Source: an uncultured bacterium | GTDB lineage: Bacteria > CAYJRR01 | Assembly (NCBI GenBank): GCA_964372275.1 | Contig: CAYJRR010000007.1 | Coordinates: 1 to 64,000, forward strand | Direction: 5' to 3' | Length of the DNA stretch: 64,000 nt | In this document: piece by piece, positions 1-9,425 of the stretch | How the letters are laid out: every line of letters starts with the position of its first letter | Position numbering within the stretch: the stretch's first letter is position 1 | Notes under the pieces: model-generated | The model's database searches: none | The model's input: the letters and a program-made list of their open reading frames with translations, nothing else | Told to the model about the DNA's origin: nothing | Made by a program: the position numbers and the translations under genes

Positions 1-861
1 CGCATGACGCGCGAGCACGTGACGGTCGCGCTCACCGGCGATGGCGGCGACGAGGTGTTCGCCGGCTACGGGCGCTTCCACGCGGCGGCGCTGGCCGAAT
101 CGCTGCCGCGTCCGCTGATGCGGGCGCTCCGGCTGCTCGCCGGTCCGATCCCCGCCGGCGACGACTTCCGCAGTCTGGTGCACCGCGGGAAGCGGTTCCT
201 GGCGCGCGCCTCCGAGGACCTCCCCGAACGGTTCCGCGGGTGGATTTCGTTCTTCACGCGCGAGGAGCTGGAGGAGCTGCTTGGGCCGGACCTCCGGCCG
301 CACGCCGCCGAAAGCGCGCTCGCCGCCTCCTACGCCGAGGCGCTCGAGCGCGCCTTTGGGGGCGACCTCGTCAACCGTCTCCTCTATCTCAACGCGCGCA
401 CCTACCTGCTCGACGACCTCAACGTGAAGGTCGACCGGGCCTCGATGGCGGCGTCGCTCGAAGCCCGTTCGCCGTTCCTCGACACGGCGCTGATGGAGTA
501 CGTCTTCCGTCTCCCCGGATCGATGAAGTTGCGCGGGCGCGCGACGAAATGGATCCTGAAGCGCGCCTTCCGCGACCTGATCCCCGAGGAGATCCTCGCC
601 CGCCCCAAGATGGGGTTCGGCGTGCCGCTGGGGGCGTGGTTCCGCGGGGAGCTGAAGGGGGCGCTCGAGGACCGGTTGCTCGATCCGGGGGCGCGGATCT
701 ATCCGATGCTGCGGCGCGACTTCGTGCAGCGGATGTTCCGCGAGCACCACGCCCGCCGACGCGACTGGGGCGGGCACTTCTGGGTCCTGTGGATGCTCGA
801 GCGCTGGCTCGCGCGCGAGGCGGACGCCGCCGTGCGCGCATCGCCCGGCGTGGCGCCTTAG
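1..861 (+). CDS. asnB: Asparagine synthase (glutamine-hydrolysing) family amidotransferase, C-terminal part (5' end outside the window)
   Basis: VTVALTGDGGDEVFAGY, KVDRASMAASLEARSPFLD and RPKMGFGVP motifs of AsnB-type synthetases. Confidence 0.9.
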   Translation, partial: RMTREHVTVALTGDGGDEVFAGYGRFHAAALAESLPRPLMRALRLLAGPIPAGDDFRSLVHRGKRFLARASEDLPERFRGWISFFTREELEELLGPDLRPHAAESALAASYAEALERAFGGDLVNRLLYLNARTYLLDDLNVKVDRASMAASLEARSPFLDTALMEYVFRLPGSMKLRGRATKWILKRAFRDLIPEEILARPKMGFGVPLGAWFRGELKGALEDRLLDPGARIYPMLRRDFVQRMFREHHARRRDWGGHFWVLWMLERWLAREADAAVRASPGVAP

Positions 862-1514
862 ACCGGAGCGGCCGGTGCCTCGATCCCGGCGACGGCGCCC
901 GGGACCCAGAGATCGTGCGCCGAGACCGACGCGAACCGGCCGGCGACGTCCTCCCAGTCGAAGACGTTCCAAATCGCCTCGAAGTAGCGCCGTTTGTCGC
1001 TGCCGTACTGCAGGTAGTAGGCGTGCTCCCACGCGTCGAGCACGAGCAGCGGAACCGCCCCCTGGATCGCGTCGGACTGGTGGTCGTGGATCTGCTCGAC
1101 GAGCAGCCTGCCGGTGAGCGGCTCGAGCGCCAGCGCCGACCAGCCCGATCCGTGGATCGATGCCGCCGACTCGATCATCTGGGCCCGGAACGGATCGAAT
1201 CCGCCGAAGTCGCGCTCGATCGCGTCCAGCAGATCGCCGGTCGGTCGTCCACCGCCGGAGGGGGACAGGTTGCGCCAGAACAGGGAGTGCAGCACGTGGC
1301 CGGAGAGATGGAAGGCGAGGGCCCGCTCGAGCGCGCCGATTCGTCCCGTCTCCTTGCGGTCACGCGCCTCGTGCAGGCCCTCGAGCGCGCGGTTGGCGCC
1401 GTCGACGTAGGTCCGGTGATGGCGGTCGTGGTGCAGCTCCAGGATCCCCGCGGAGAGGTGCGGCTCGAGCGCCGAGTAGTCGTAGCGGAGGTCGGGCAAC
1501 GCGTAGACGGTCAT
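858..1514 (-). CDS. sod: Fe/Mn superoxide dismutase
   Basis: MTVYALPDLRYDYSALEPH, HHDRHH, GHVLHSLFW and DAWEHAYY; ATG at 1514 overlaps the upstream stop (ATGA). Confidence 0.95.
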   Translation of the reverse strand: MTVYALPDLRYDYSALEPHLSAGILELHHDRHHRTYVDGANRALEGLHEARDRKETGRIGALERALAFHLSGHVLHSLFWRNLSPSGGGRPTGDLLDAIERDFGGFDPFRAQMIESAASIHGSGWSALALEPLTGRLLVEQIHDHQSDAIQGAVPLLVLDAWEHAYYLQYGSDKRRYFEAIWNVFDWEDVAGRFASVSAHDLWVPGAVAGIEAPAAPV

Positions 1515-2104
1515 GGCAAAGGCTCCTCGAGACGCGCCGTCTCGGGTGCCGGGGTGACGCGGGCGCGCGCCCGGTCCTCCAGCGCCTGGAAGAGCGCGTC
1601 GGTGAAGTGGGGGAGGTCTTCGGGACGGCGGCTGGTGATCCAATGATCGAAGACGACGAGCGGTTCGTCCTTGGTGTCGGCGCCGGCGAACCGCAGGTCT
1701 CGCTGCACCGTCGGCCACGCGGTGAGGGTGCGGCCGCGGACCAGCCCGGCGGAGAGCAGGAGCTGGGGCCCGTGGCCGACGGCGGCGAGCGGTCGGCGGA
1801 GGGCGTCGAAGCTCCGGACGAAGTCGACGAAGCGCGGATCGGCGCGCAGCGCGTCGGGCGAACCGCCGCCGGGGATGACGATCGCGTCGAACTCGCCCGG
1901 CCTGGCGTTGCCGATGAAACGGTCGACGGCTGTCTTCGCCCCGCGCCGTCCGTGCAGCGTCGCCCCCTTCGCGGCGCCGATCACCTCGACGCGGTAGCCC
2001 GCGGCCCGGAGGCGGTCGTGGGGAACGCGGAGCTCGGCGTCCTCGAAGTCGGAGGCGAGCAGGAAACCGACGCGCAGGGAGGCGGTAGATCCTGCGCCGT
2101 TCAT
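1511..2104 (-). CDS. DJ-1/PfpI family protein, catalytic Cys replaced by Gly
   Basis: FEDAEL, FDAIVIPGG, AAVGHGPQLL (canonical AAICHGPQLL), GRTLTAW and ITSRRPEDLP. Confidence 0.85.
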   Translation of the reverse strand: MNGAGSTASLRVGFLLASDFEDAELRVPHDRLRAAGYRVEVIGAAKGATLHGRRGAKTAVDRFIGNARPGEFDAIVIPGGGSPDALRADPRFVDFVRSFDALRRPLAAVGHGPQLLLSAGLVRGRTLTAWPTVQRDLRFAGADTKDEPLVVFDHWITSRRPEDLPHFTDALFQALEDRARARVTPAPETARLEEPLP

Positions 2105-2179
2105 GCGTCGCACGTGGACACGCCGCGCGGCCGCGCAATCGACCCCGGCGGCCTTCCGGTGGGCTACGATCGGTCCCAC

Positions 2180-2833
2180 GTGTCGGCGGTAGGGCGATTC
2201 CTCTCGCGGTCGGCGGCGGCGGCGGCGCGCGCCGGCCTCGCGCTCGCGTGCGTCATCTCCTACCTGGCGTTCGTGCGTCCGGAGCGCCTCGCGATCGGCC
2301 TGGTCCGGCGCGACGCGCCCCGCCCGGTCGAGGCCGTCTTCGTCTTCTCGGGGGACGTCGACTTTCATCGTACCGCGTTCGCCGCAGAGGTCTTCCGGAC
2401 GGGCGGCGCGCGGTGGCTCGTCGTCTCCGGCGCCGGGATCGGCGGCGACGACGGGGCGCGGATGGCCGACGCCGCGGCCGCCGCCGGCGTACCCCGCGAG
2501 GCGATCCGCGTCGAGCCCGCGGCCCGCTCCACGCGCGAGAACGTCCTTTTCACGCGGCCGATCCTGCGCGAGCTCGCCGTCCGGACGGTCGCCGTCGTCA
2601 CCTCCGCCACCCATTCGCGGCGGGCCGCCGGCGCCGCCGAGCGCGCCTGGCGCGGGATCGACGTGGTGTCGGTCCCGGTGCCGGAGGCCGCCGACCGGAG
2701 CCCCTGCCTGGCCCGCCGGCGGGCCGTCGACGGCGGCGTCGATCCGCCGGCGGACGTCCTCGCGGCGTGCCGGGCGGAGATCCTGCGCGAATGGACCAAG
2801 CTCCTCGGCTACGCCGCCCGCGGCTGGCTGTAG
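2180..2833 (+). CDS. YdcF/DUF218 (ElyC/SanA-like) protein
   Basis: N-terminal hydrophobic segment; VVSG, EPAARSTREN and VVTSATHSRRA motifs; GTG start inferred. Confidence 0.8.
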   Translation: MSAVGRFLSRSAAAAARAGLALACVISYLAFVRPERLAIGLVRRDAPRPVEAVFVFSGDVDFHRTAFAAEVFRTGGARWLVVSGAGIGGDDGARMADAAAAAGVPREAIRVEPAARSTRENVLFTRPILRELAVRTVAVVTSATHSRRAAGAAERAWRGIDVVSVPVPEAADRSPCLARRRAVDGGVDPPADVLAACRAEILREWTKLLGYAARGWL

Positions 2834-2837
2834 CCGG

Positions 2838-4268
2838 TCAGGGCGGCGGAGAATTGAACCGGGTCACCCGGTAGCTCGCGGTCGGGAGGCCGCACGATTC
2901 GATCAGGAGCAGGACCGCGCCTCCGTCGGGATCGATCGCCACCGCCTGCACCTGGCTGCTCTGGCCGGTCGCGCCGCCGGGCGCCTCCCCGAGCGCGCTC
3001 CAGCTCGTTCCGTTGAACGCCCGCACCTGAGAGGCGAAGTGGGTCGCCTCGAACTGCTCCCAAGCCACGATCGGACGCCCGGCGCCGTCGACCGTCACGG
3101 TCGGCGAGCCCACCGATTCGGCCCCTCCGGCGACGTCCCCTCCCAACGCGCTCCAAGAAGTGCCGTTCCACTGCTTGGCGTGCAAGGCCGGCGGCTCGAC
3201 GAAGGCGACGACCGGATCTCCCGCCGCCGTCAACGCCATCGACGGGGAGTGGGCGTTTCCCGATCCGACGTCGAGAATGCCGCCGACGGCGCCCCACGAC
3301 GTGCCGTTCCAGGTCTTGACCTGCACGTCGGAGAAGTCGGAGGTCGCCGCGAACAATCCACCGGGGCCGTCGGCGAGGGCGACCTTGTTGCCGGCGCCGG
3401 CGTTGGACCCGAGCGCTTGCCAGGCGGTTCCGTTCCACTTCGACGCCTTCACCTGGAAGGCCTCGATCCACGCGGCGGTGACGGTGCCGCCGGTGTAGGT
3501 GACGACCGGCCAGCGCGCCGACTCGGTGGGGTCGAGGTTCAGCTCCGCGCCGAGCAGGTTCCACGACGTTCCGTTCCACGTTCGCACGAAGACCTCGTCG
3601 CGCGAGGTGCGGGTCTCCTGGAACGCGACCACCGCGTCGTCGGCGGCCGCCACGGCGAGCGAGGGGTAGATCGCGTGCTCGGAGGCGTCGACGTCGAGGA
3701 CTCCGCCAAGCGGCTCCCACGTCCCTGCGACGTAGTGGAGCACGCGGACGTCGGACTTGGAGTTGGCGCTGGTGGCGACGGCGACGTAGGGGGAGCCGTC
3801 GGATCCGAGCGCGAGCGAGGCGCCGTACTGCGCAACGCCGAGCGCCGAGCCGGGAGCGCCGAGAGAACTCCAGTCGAGCGCGGAGAAGGTCCATGGCGTC
3901 TCCGGCTCGACCAGACGGTTGCCGGCGGGATCGCGGATGCCGTCGGTCAAGGCGAGGGTGAAGGTGGCCGGAAGCGCCGGGGACTCGGCGACCGAGACGG
4001 TCAGCGTCTTCCCGTCCCCGGACAGCTCCCAGTCGACGGCGACGGCGGCCCCCGCCAATCCGGTGAGGAGGACGGTCGTCTCGTCGAGGCTCTCCCCATC
4101 GATCGGTTCGGAAAAGACGGCCGTGAAGCGGTCGCGCAGCACGACATCGAGCGCCCCGGGCTCGGGGATCCGTTCGACGACCCGCGGACGCCCCGAATCG
4201 CCGCCGCCGCCGTCCTTGGCGCAGGCCGCCGGGAGGAGACAGAACGCCAGCAGGAATTTCGTCTTCAC
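2838..4268 (-). CDS. Lipoprotein with Ig-like (Big_5-type) domain and beta-propeller-like WNGTSW repeats
   Basis: Lipobox PAAC; FTAVFSEPID...IRDPAGNRL Ig signature; repeated W/FNGTxW-x-LG blades. Confidence 0.7.
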   Translation of the reverse strand: MKTKFLLAFCLLPAACAKDGGGGDSGRPRVVERIPEPGALDVVLRDRFTAVFSEPIDGESLDETTVLLTGLAGAAVAVDWELSGDGKTLTVSVAESPALPATFTLALTDGIRDPAGNRLVEPETPWTFSALDWSSLGAPGSALGVAQYGASLALGSDGSPYVAVATSANSKSDVRVLHYVAGTWEPLGGVLDVDASEHAIYPSLAVAAADDAVVAFQETRTSRDEVFVRTWNGTSWNLLGAELNLDPTESARWPVVTYTGGTVTAAWIEAFQVKASKWNGTAWQALGSNAGAGNKVALADGPGGLFAATSDFSDVQVKTWNGTSWGAVGGILDVGSGNAHSPSMALTAAGDPVVAFVEPPALHAKQWNGTSWSALGGDVAGGAESVGSPTVTVDGAGRPIVAWEQFEATHFASQVRAFNGTSWSALGEAPGGATGQSSQVQAVAIDPDGGAVLLLIESCGLPTASYRVTRFNSPPP

Positions 4269-4278
4269 GGAGCCGATC

Positions 4279-4845
4279 CTACGGCGCGGGCGGGGCGGCG
4301 TCGAGGCCGGCGGAGACGCCGGCGCCGACCACGTCGTGCAGCGCGTCGACGGCGGCGTCGGCGAGCGACGGATCGTCGGCCTCGAACCACCGCACGCGCA
4401 CCAGAAGCGCCCCCTTCCGGGCCTCGGCGCGCAGCCCGGCGACGAACCCTTCGTCGAGGTCGTCGCCAGCGAGCGCCTTCGCCTCCGCCGGCCGACCGAC
4501 CGAGAGCGCGCCACGCGCCGCCTCCGGTCCGCCGAGGACGAACGCCTCGGCCGCGATCACCCGCTGCGCGAGATTGGCGTACTCCGCGCTGGCGTAGGAG
4601 CGCAGGCCCCGGAAGCGCGCCGTCTCGTCCCCGAGCGCCTGGGAGGCGGTTGACGCGTCGTAGTCGGCGGGCCCGCCCGCCAGCCGCCATCCGCCCGGAA
4701 GCGACGGCGGCAACGCCCGCTGCGCGGCGATCGCCGGCGGCGGCGGAAAGGGGAGGGCCGGCTCCACGCGCGCGCCGAGCGGCTTCACCTGGATCTTCGG
4801 CCCCTGGCAGGCGGCGAGCGACGTCGCGAGCGCGACGAGGATCAC
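4279..4845 (-). CDS. Hypothetical lipoprotein
   Basis: VILVALATSLAAC lipobox; GTG overlaps the PBP1A stop (GTGA); start uncertain. Confidence 0.6.
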   Translation of the reverse strand: MILVALATSLAACQGPKIQVKPLGARVEPALPFPPPPAIAAQRALPPSLPGGWRLAGGPADYDASTASQALGDETARFRGLRSYASAEYANLAQRVIAAEAFVLGGPEAARGALSVGRPAEAKALAGDDLDEGFVAGLRAEARKGALLVRVRWFEADDPSLADAAVDALHDVVGAGVSAGLDAAPPAP

Positions 4846-7800
4846 CGCAATCCAGGGTCGATCTCGAACAGATTCGGCTCCTCTTCGATCGTCCCCGGAC
4901 TCGACAGCTCGGTCGGCTCGGTCCCCTTGATGAACCATGTCTCGATGACCTCTTCCAGTTTCTGCTCCGGCCGCGCGAGCTTCCCGTTCGCGCGGTCGAT
5001 CTCCAGTTTCACCACGCCCTCCGGCGCCGGGAATCCGTCGTCGGCCGGCGCGGTAGGCTCCGCGGCGCGCATGAAGTCGATCCAGATCGGGAGCGCCGCC
5101 TCCGTGCCGGACTCGCCGACCCCCATCGACCGGATCTCATCGTAGCCGACCCAGACGCCGGTCAGGAGCCGGGGGCTGAATCCGACGTACCAGGCGTCGA
5201 CGTAGTCGTTGCTCGTCCCGGTCTTTCCGCCGGTCACCGGACGCAGGTCGGCCGCCGCCATCCCGGTGCCGTGCCGGTTCACGTCGACGAGCAGCTGCGT
5301 CATCACGTAGGCCACGCGCGGATCGAGCGCCGGTTCCGGCTTCGCCGCCGCGAGCTCCGCGGAGAGGTCGAGCAGCACCTGGCCATCGCGATCGACCACC
5401 TTCTCCAGGAAACGCGGTTGCACCAGCGCTCCGCCGTTGGGGAAGGCGGAGTAGGCCCGGGACACCTCGATCAGCGACAGCGACGCCGATCCGAGCGCGA
5501 GGGAGAGGTCCTCGGGGAGGTTGGACTCGATCCCCAGCTTTCGCGCCTGGGCCAGTACGCTCTTGAGGCCGATCCGGTTGGCGAGCTGGATCGTGGCCAG
5601 GTTGCGGGAGAGGATGAACGCCGTCCGCAGCAGCGTATCGCCGAGGAAGCTGCGCCCGGCATTCGCCGGCTTCCAGTCCTCGTCGTCGGCCTTCGACTCC
5701 CCCAGCGTCCTGGCGAGATCCGAGGTGTCGGCCGGCTTCCGCCCGGGAAGCTCCGCATCGGAGGTGCTCATCACGATCGGCGCGTCCTGCAGGATCGTCG
5801 CCGGCGTGTAGCGCGCGGCGCCGGGTTTGGGCCCACCCTTCTTCGCGGTCGGGAGGTTCTTTCCGATCGCCGTGGCGTAGACGATCGTCTTGAAGGTCGA
5901 GCCGACCTGCCGCTTCGCCTGCAACGGCCGCAGGAACTCCGACCGCTCGAAGCTCGAGCCGCCCACCATCGCGCGCACGCGCCCGTCCGGGAGGCTGAAG
6001 GAGAGGAGCGCCCCCTCGACCTCCGGGTCCTGGCCGAGCGCGAGCGGCAGCGTCCCCTTCAGACGCTTCACCAGCTTCGCGTCGGGCGCCGGGGGCTTCT
6101 TCTTCCCCGGCTCCGGCGCGGGGGTCACGATCGCCTTCAGGCCCTCGGAGGCCGCCGGATCGATCGGCGTCACGCGCAGCAGGTCGCCCACGGCGATCGT
6201 CTCGCGCAGGTCGGCGGCCGTCCGCTCCTTGAAGTGCTCCGCCTCGTTCACCGGGTAGGCCCAGAGGTTGTCGAGGCGGTGCGCCACGCCGCGCGCCTTG
6301 CCGGGAAGCCGCACCCACGCGCGGTCGGCCTCGACCTCGTCGACGATCCCTTCGGTCTCTTCGCCGATCGCCGGGACGATCTCGCCGAGCGCCGTCGCCG
6401 CCTCGTCGATCCGTTCCGGCGGCACCCGCTCCGACGCCTTGCGCAGGCCGATGCGGCGGTCGACGCGTACGAGCCCCGCGCGCACCGCCTCCTCCGCCGC
6501 GCGTTGCAGCGCCGGGTCGACCGTGGCGGTGACGCGCAGGCCCTCCCGGTAGACGACCTCCTTGCCGAAGCGCTCGATCAGCTCGCGGCGGATCTGCTCC
6601 GTCACGAACGGGGCTTTCGTGCGGGTTGGGTCGGGAAGGCTGTCCACGACGAGCGGCTCCGCCTCGGCCTTCGCGGCCTCCTCCTCGGTGATCCAACCGC
6701 GGCTCGCCATCTCCCGCAGCACGTAGGCGCGCCGGCGCAGCGCCTCCTCCGGCGCGGTCTGCGGGGCGTAGCGCGACGGCGCCTGCGGAAGACCGGCGAG
6801 CAGCGCCCCTTCCGCGAGGGAAAGCTCCTTCACCTCCTTGCCGAAATGGATCCGCGCCGCGGCGGCGACGCCGTAGGCGCCGTGGCCGAAGAAGATCTGG
6901 TTCAGGTAGCGGTGGAGGATCTCGTCCTTGGTGAGCGCCTTCTCCAGCTTCCGCGCCAGCAGGATCTCGGAGAGCTTGCGGCGATAGGTCTTCTCCCGGG
7001 AGAGGAGGAAAGTGCGCGCCACCTGCTGCGTGATCGTGCTCGCCCCCTGCGCGGTACGGCCGCGGCGCAGGTTCTGGAAGGCGGCGCGCGCGATCGAAGT
7101 GAAGTCGACCCCCGAGTGCGAATAGAACTGCGCGTCCTCCGCCGCGAGGAAGGCGCGCCGCACGTGCTCCGGCACCTCCTCGAGCGGGACGACATACCGC
7201 TCCTCGTCGTGGAACTTCCCGATCCGCGTCCCGTCGGCGGCGAACACCTCGGTCACGATCGGCGGCCGGTAGTCTCGGATCGAGTCGATCGAGGGAAGGG
7301 TCGCGTCGAGCCACCACCACCCGACCGCCGCCGCCGCGCCGCCCAGTACGGCCGCGCCCGCCGTGATCCAGAGGAGCAGCCACGCGATCCGGCGAAGACG
7401 CGCACGCCGCGGCGAACGCGCGGCCGCGCGTGGTGGAACCTCCGCGGTAACGATCGGCGGCCGGGTCGCGAACGCCTCGGTGACCGTCTGGGCGGACAGG
7501 TCCAATCCGGTCGTCGGATCGCCGACGTCGATGTCGCGACCGCCGGCGAACGGATCGTTCGCGGCACGCCTTCGGCTCGGAACGGTGTTGGTCCCGGGCT
7601 CCGGCGGCCGCGCGCTGGGCACGGTGACGGAGGCGGTCCCCTCGGGGCGCGACCGGATCGTCGGCGGCGTCGGCAGCGGGCGGCGGATCTTCGGCTCCTC
7701 CGTCGGGGCGGGGCCGACCTCCACGAATCCGAACGGGCGCGACTGGAGCGCCGGCGGCGTGTCGAGGGTCGCCGGATCGGACGGGACGGTCGTCTCGGGA

Positions 7801-7949
7801 TCGTTCAGCAGCTCTTCGGGCGAAATCGTCCGGGCGGGCCGCACCACGTGGCTCCGGCCGCACGCGCAGACGTAGCTGCGCCCCATCGGCGGGATGTAGC
7901 TGTAGCCGAAATCCTTCGTTCGTCCGCAGCCCGGGCAGGTGAAGGTCAC
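4842..7949 (-). CDS. mrcA: Class A penicillin-binding protein (PBP1A) with N-terminal Zn-ribbon-like segment and Pro-rich linker
   Basis: Transglycosylase EDAQFYSHSG, QGASTITQQ, RKLSE; transpeptidase STFK, SRN, KTGT; N-terminus CPGC...CAC. Confidence 0.9.
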   Translation of the reverse strand: MTFTCPGCGRTKDFGYSYIPPMGRSYVCACGRSHVVRPARTISPEELLNDPETTVPSDPATLDTPPALQSRPFGFVEVGPAPTEEPKIRRPLPTPPTIRSRPEGTASVTVPSARPPEPGTNTVPSRRRAANDPFAGGRDIDVGDPTTGLDLSAQTVTEAFATRPPIVTAEVPPRAAARSPRRARLRRIAWLLLWITAGAAVLGGAAAAVGWWWLDATLPSIDSIRDYRPPIVTEVFAADGTRIGKFHDEERYVVPLEEVPEHVRRAFLAAEDAQFYSHSGVDFTSIARAAFQNLRRGRTAQGASTITQQVARTFLLSREKTYRRKLSEILLARKLEKALTKDEILHRYLNQIFFGHGAYGVAAAARIHFGKEVKELSLAEGALLAGLPQAPSRYAPQTAPEEALRRRAYVLREMASRGWITEEEAAKAEAEPLVVDSLPDPTRTKAPFVTEQIRRELIERFGKEVVYREGLRVTATVDPALQRAAEEAVRAGLVRVDRRIGLRKASERVPPERIDEAATALGEIVPAIGEETEGIVDEVEADRAWVRLPGKARGVAHRLDNLWAYPVNEAEHFKERTAADLRETIAVGDLLRVTPIDPAASEGLKAIVTPAPEPGKKKPPAPDAKLVKRLKGTLPLALGQDPEVEGALLSFSLPDGRVRAMVGGSSFERSEFLRPLQAKRQVGSTFKTIVYATAIGKNLPTAKKGGPKPGAARYTPATILQDAPIVMSTSDAELPGRKPADTSDLARTLGESKADDEDWKPANAGRSFLGDTLLRTAFILSRNLATIQLANRIGLKSVLAQARKLGIESNLPEDLSLALGSASLSLIEVSRAYSAFPNGGALVQPRFLEKVVDRDGQVLLDLSAELAAAKPEPALDPRVAYVMTQLLVDVNRHGTGMAAADLRPVTGGKTGTSNDYVDAWYVGFSPRLLTGVWVGYDEIRSMGVGESGTEAALPIWIDFMRAAEPTAPADDGFPAPEGVVKLEIDRANGKLARPEQKLEEVIETWFIKGTEPTELSSPGTIEEEPNLFEIDPGLR

Positions 7950-7968
7950 GTGGGCTTCCTTCGGCCTC

Positions 7969-8454
7969 CTACCCGTCGACGAACGCCGGTTCGCGGTCGT
8001 CCTTCGCCGGGACGAGGCGCCACGAGATCCGCGCCCGCCCACCCGGTTTCCGGTCGATGGCGACCACCATCCCCTTCTTGAACCCGCCGAACGCGATCCC
8101 GGCGAGGTGCGACGCCAGGGCCGACATCAGCGGCTCGTGCCCGACCAGCGCCACGTCCTTCCCGGTCCCCTCGGCGAGCGCCGCCGCGCGCGACACCGGC
8201 GCCTCCGGTTCGAGCGACGCGCGGACCTCCGCCGGTCCGTCGTCGCCGAAGGCCGCCAGGCAGATCTCGCAGGTCTGCACCGCGCGCACCAGCGGCGAGG
8301 TGATCCATCTCGCGGGTCGCGCCCCCGCGCGGCCGGCCCACGCCGCCGCCGTCCGCCGCATCCGTTCGCGCCCGGCGTCGGTGAGCGGACGGTGCGCGTC
8401 GACCGCGTACCCCTCGTCCGCGGCGACCCCGTGCCGCACGAGGTAGATCGTCAT
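7969..8454 (-). CDS. sixA: Phosphohistidine phosphatase SixA family
   Basis: LVRHG, RPLTDAG, SPLVRAVQT and LVGHEP. Confidence 0.85.
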   Translation of the reverse strand: MTIYLVRHGVAADEGYAVDAHRPLTDAGRERMRRTAAAWAGRAGARPARWITSPLVRAVQTCEICLAAFGDDGPAEVRASLEPEAPVSRAAALAEGTGKDVALVGHEPLMSALASHLAGIAFGGFKKGMVVAIDRKPGGRARISWRLVPAKDDREPAFVDG

Positions 8455-9425
8455 CAGGTCGCGCCGGTCGCCCGCTGGTGGGCGATGATCGTGTCGATGA
8501 TCTCGGCCAGCCCCAGCGTCGGCTCGTAGCCGATCAGTCCGCGGATCTTGGCGATGTCCGGCACCCGCCGCGGCATGTCCTCGAACCCCGACTCGTAGGC
8601 CTGGTCGTAGGGGACGAAGACGATCTCGCTCTTCGACTGCGCACGCTCGCGCACCCGCTTGGCGAGATCGAGGATGGTGATCTCCCGGCCGTTGCCGATG
8701 TTGAACACCTCCCCCACCGCCTTGGGGTGGTCCATCAGCCCGATCAGGGCGCCGACGACGTCCCCGACGTAGGTGAACGAGCGCGACTGGGTACCGTCGC
8801 CGTAGACGGTGATCGGCTGCCCGGCGAGCGCCTGCCTCACGAAGGTGGGGAGCACCATCCCGTACTGCCCGGTCTGGCGGGGCCCGACGGTGTTGAACAG
8901 CCGCGCCACGACCACCGGCAGCCCGCGCTCGCGGAAGTAGGCCAGCGCGAGGAACTCGTCGATCGCCTTCGAGCAGGCGTAGGCCCAGCGCCCCTTGACC
9001 GTCGCCCCCATCACCAGGTCGTCGTCCTCGGCGAACGGCAGCTTGGCCGACTTGCCGTAGACCTCGGAGGTCGACGCGACGAGCACCTTCTTCTTCTTCT
9101 TGTTCGCGAGCGACAGCACCACCTCGGTACCGCGAACATTGGTCTCGATGGTGCGAACCGGGCTGTTGACGATCAGCTTCACGCCGACCGCCGCCGCCAG
9201 GTGGAAGACCACGTCGGCCTCGTCGACCCGCTCCGCCAGCATCGGGACGACCGTCATCGACTCGATGGTGTAGGCGAACCCGGGCTCCTTCTTCAGATGG
9301 GCGATGTTTGCCATCGAACCGGTCGAGAGATCGTCGACCACGTGAACCTGGTCGCCGCGGCGGAGGCAGGCCTCGGCCAGATGGCTACCGATGAACCCCG
9401 CGCCTCCGGTGATCAGGACCTTCAC
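8454..9425 (-). CDS. NAD-dependent nucleotide-sugar epimerase/dehydratase
   Basis: VKVLITGGAGFIGSHL, ASTSEVYGK, YACSK (YxxxK) and RLFNTVGPRQ. Confidence 0.9.
   Translation of the reverse strand: MKVLITGGAGFIGSHLAEACLRRGDQVHVVDDLSTGSMANIAHLKKEPGFAYTIESMTVVPMLAERVDEADVVFHLAAAVGVKLIVNSPVRTIETNVRGTEVVLSLANKKKKKVLVASTSEVYGKSAKLPFAEDDDLVMGATVKGRWAYACSKAIDEFLALAYFRERGLPVVVARLFNTVGPRQTGQYGMVLPTFVRQALAGQPITVYGDGTQSRSFTYVGDVVGALIGLMDHPKAVGEVFNIGNGREITILDLAKRVRERAQSKSEIVFVPYDQAYESGFEDMPRRVPDIAKIRGLIGYEPTLGLAEIIDTIIAHQRATGAT

Noticed and set aside
3039-8081. Very long ORFs antisense to real genes (also 24389-28051, 28496-31762, 37776-41969 and others)
   Set aside because: Shadow frames of high-GC coding sequence; Arg/Gly/Pro-rich with no motifs, while the opposite strand encodes recognisable proteins.
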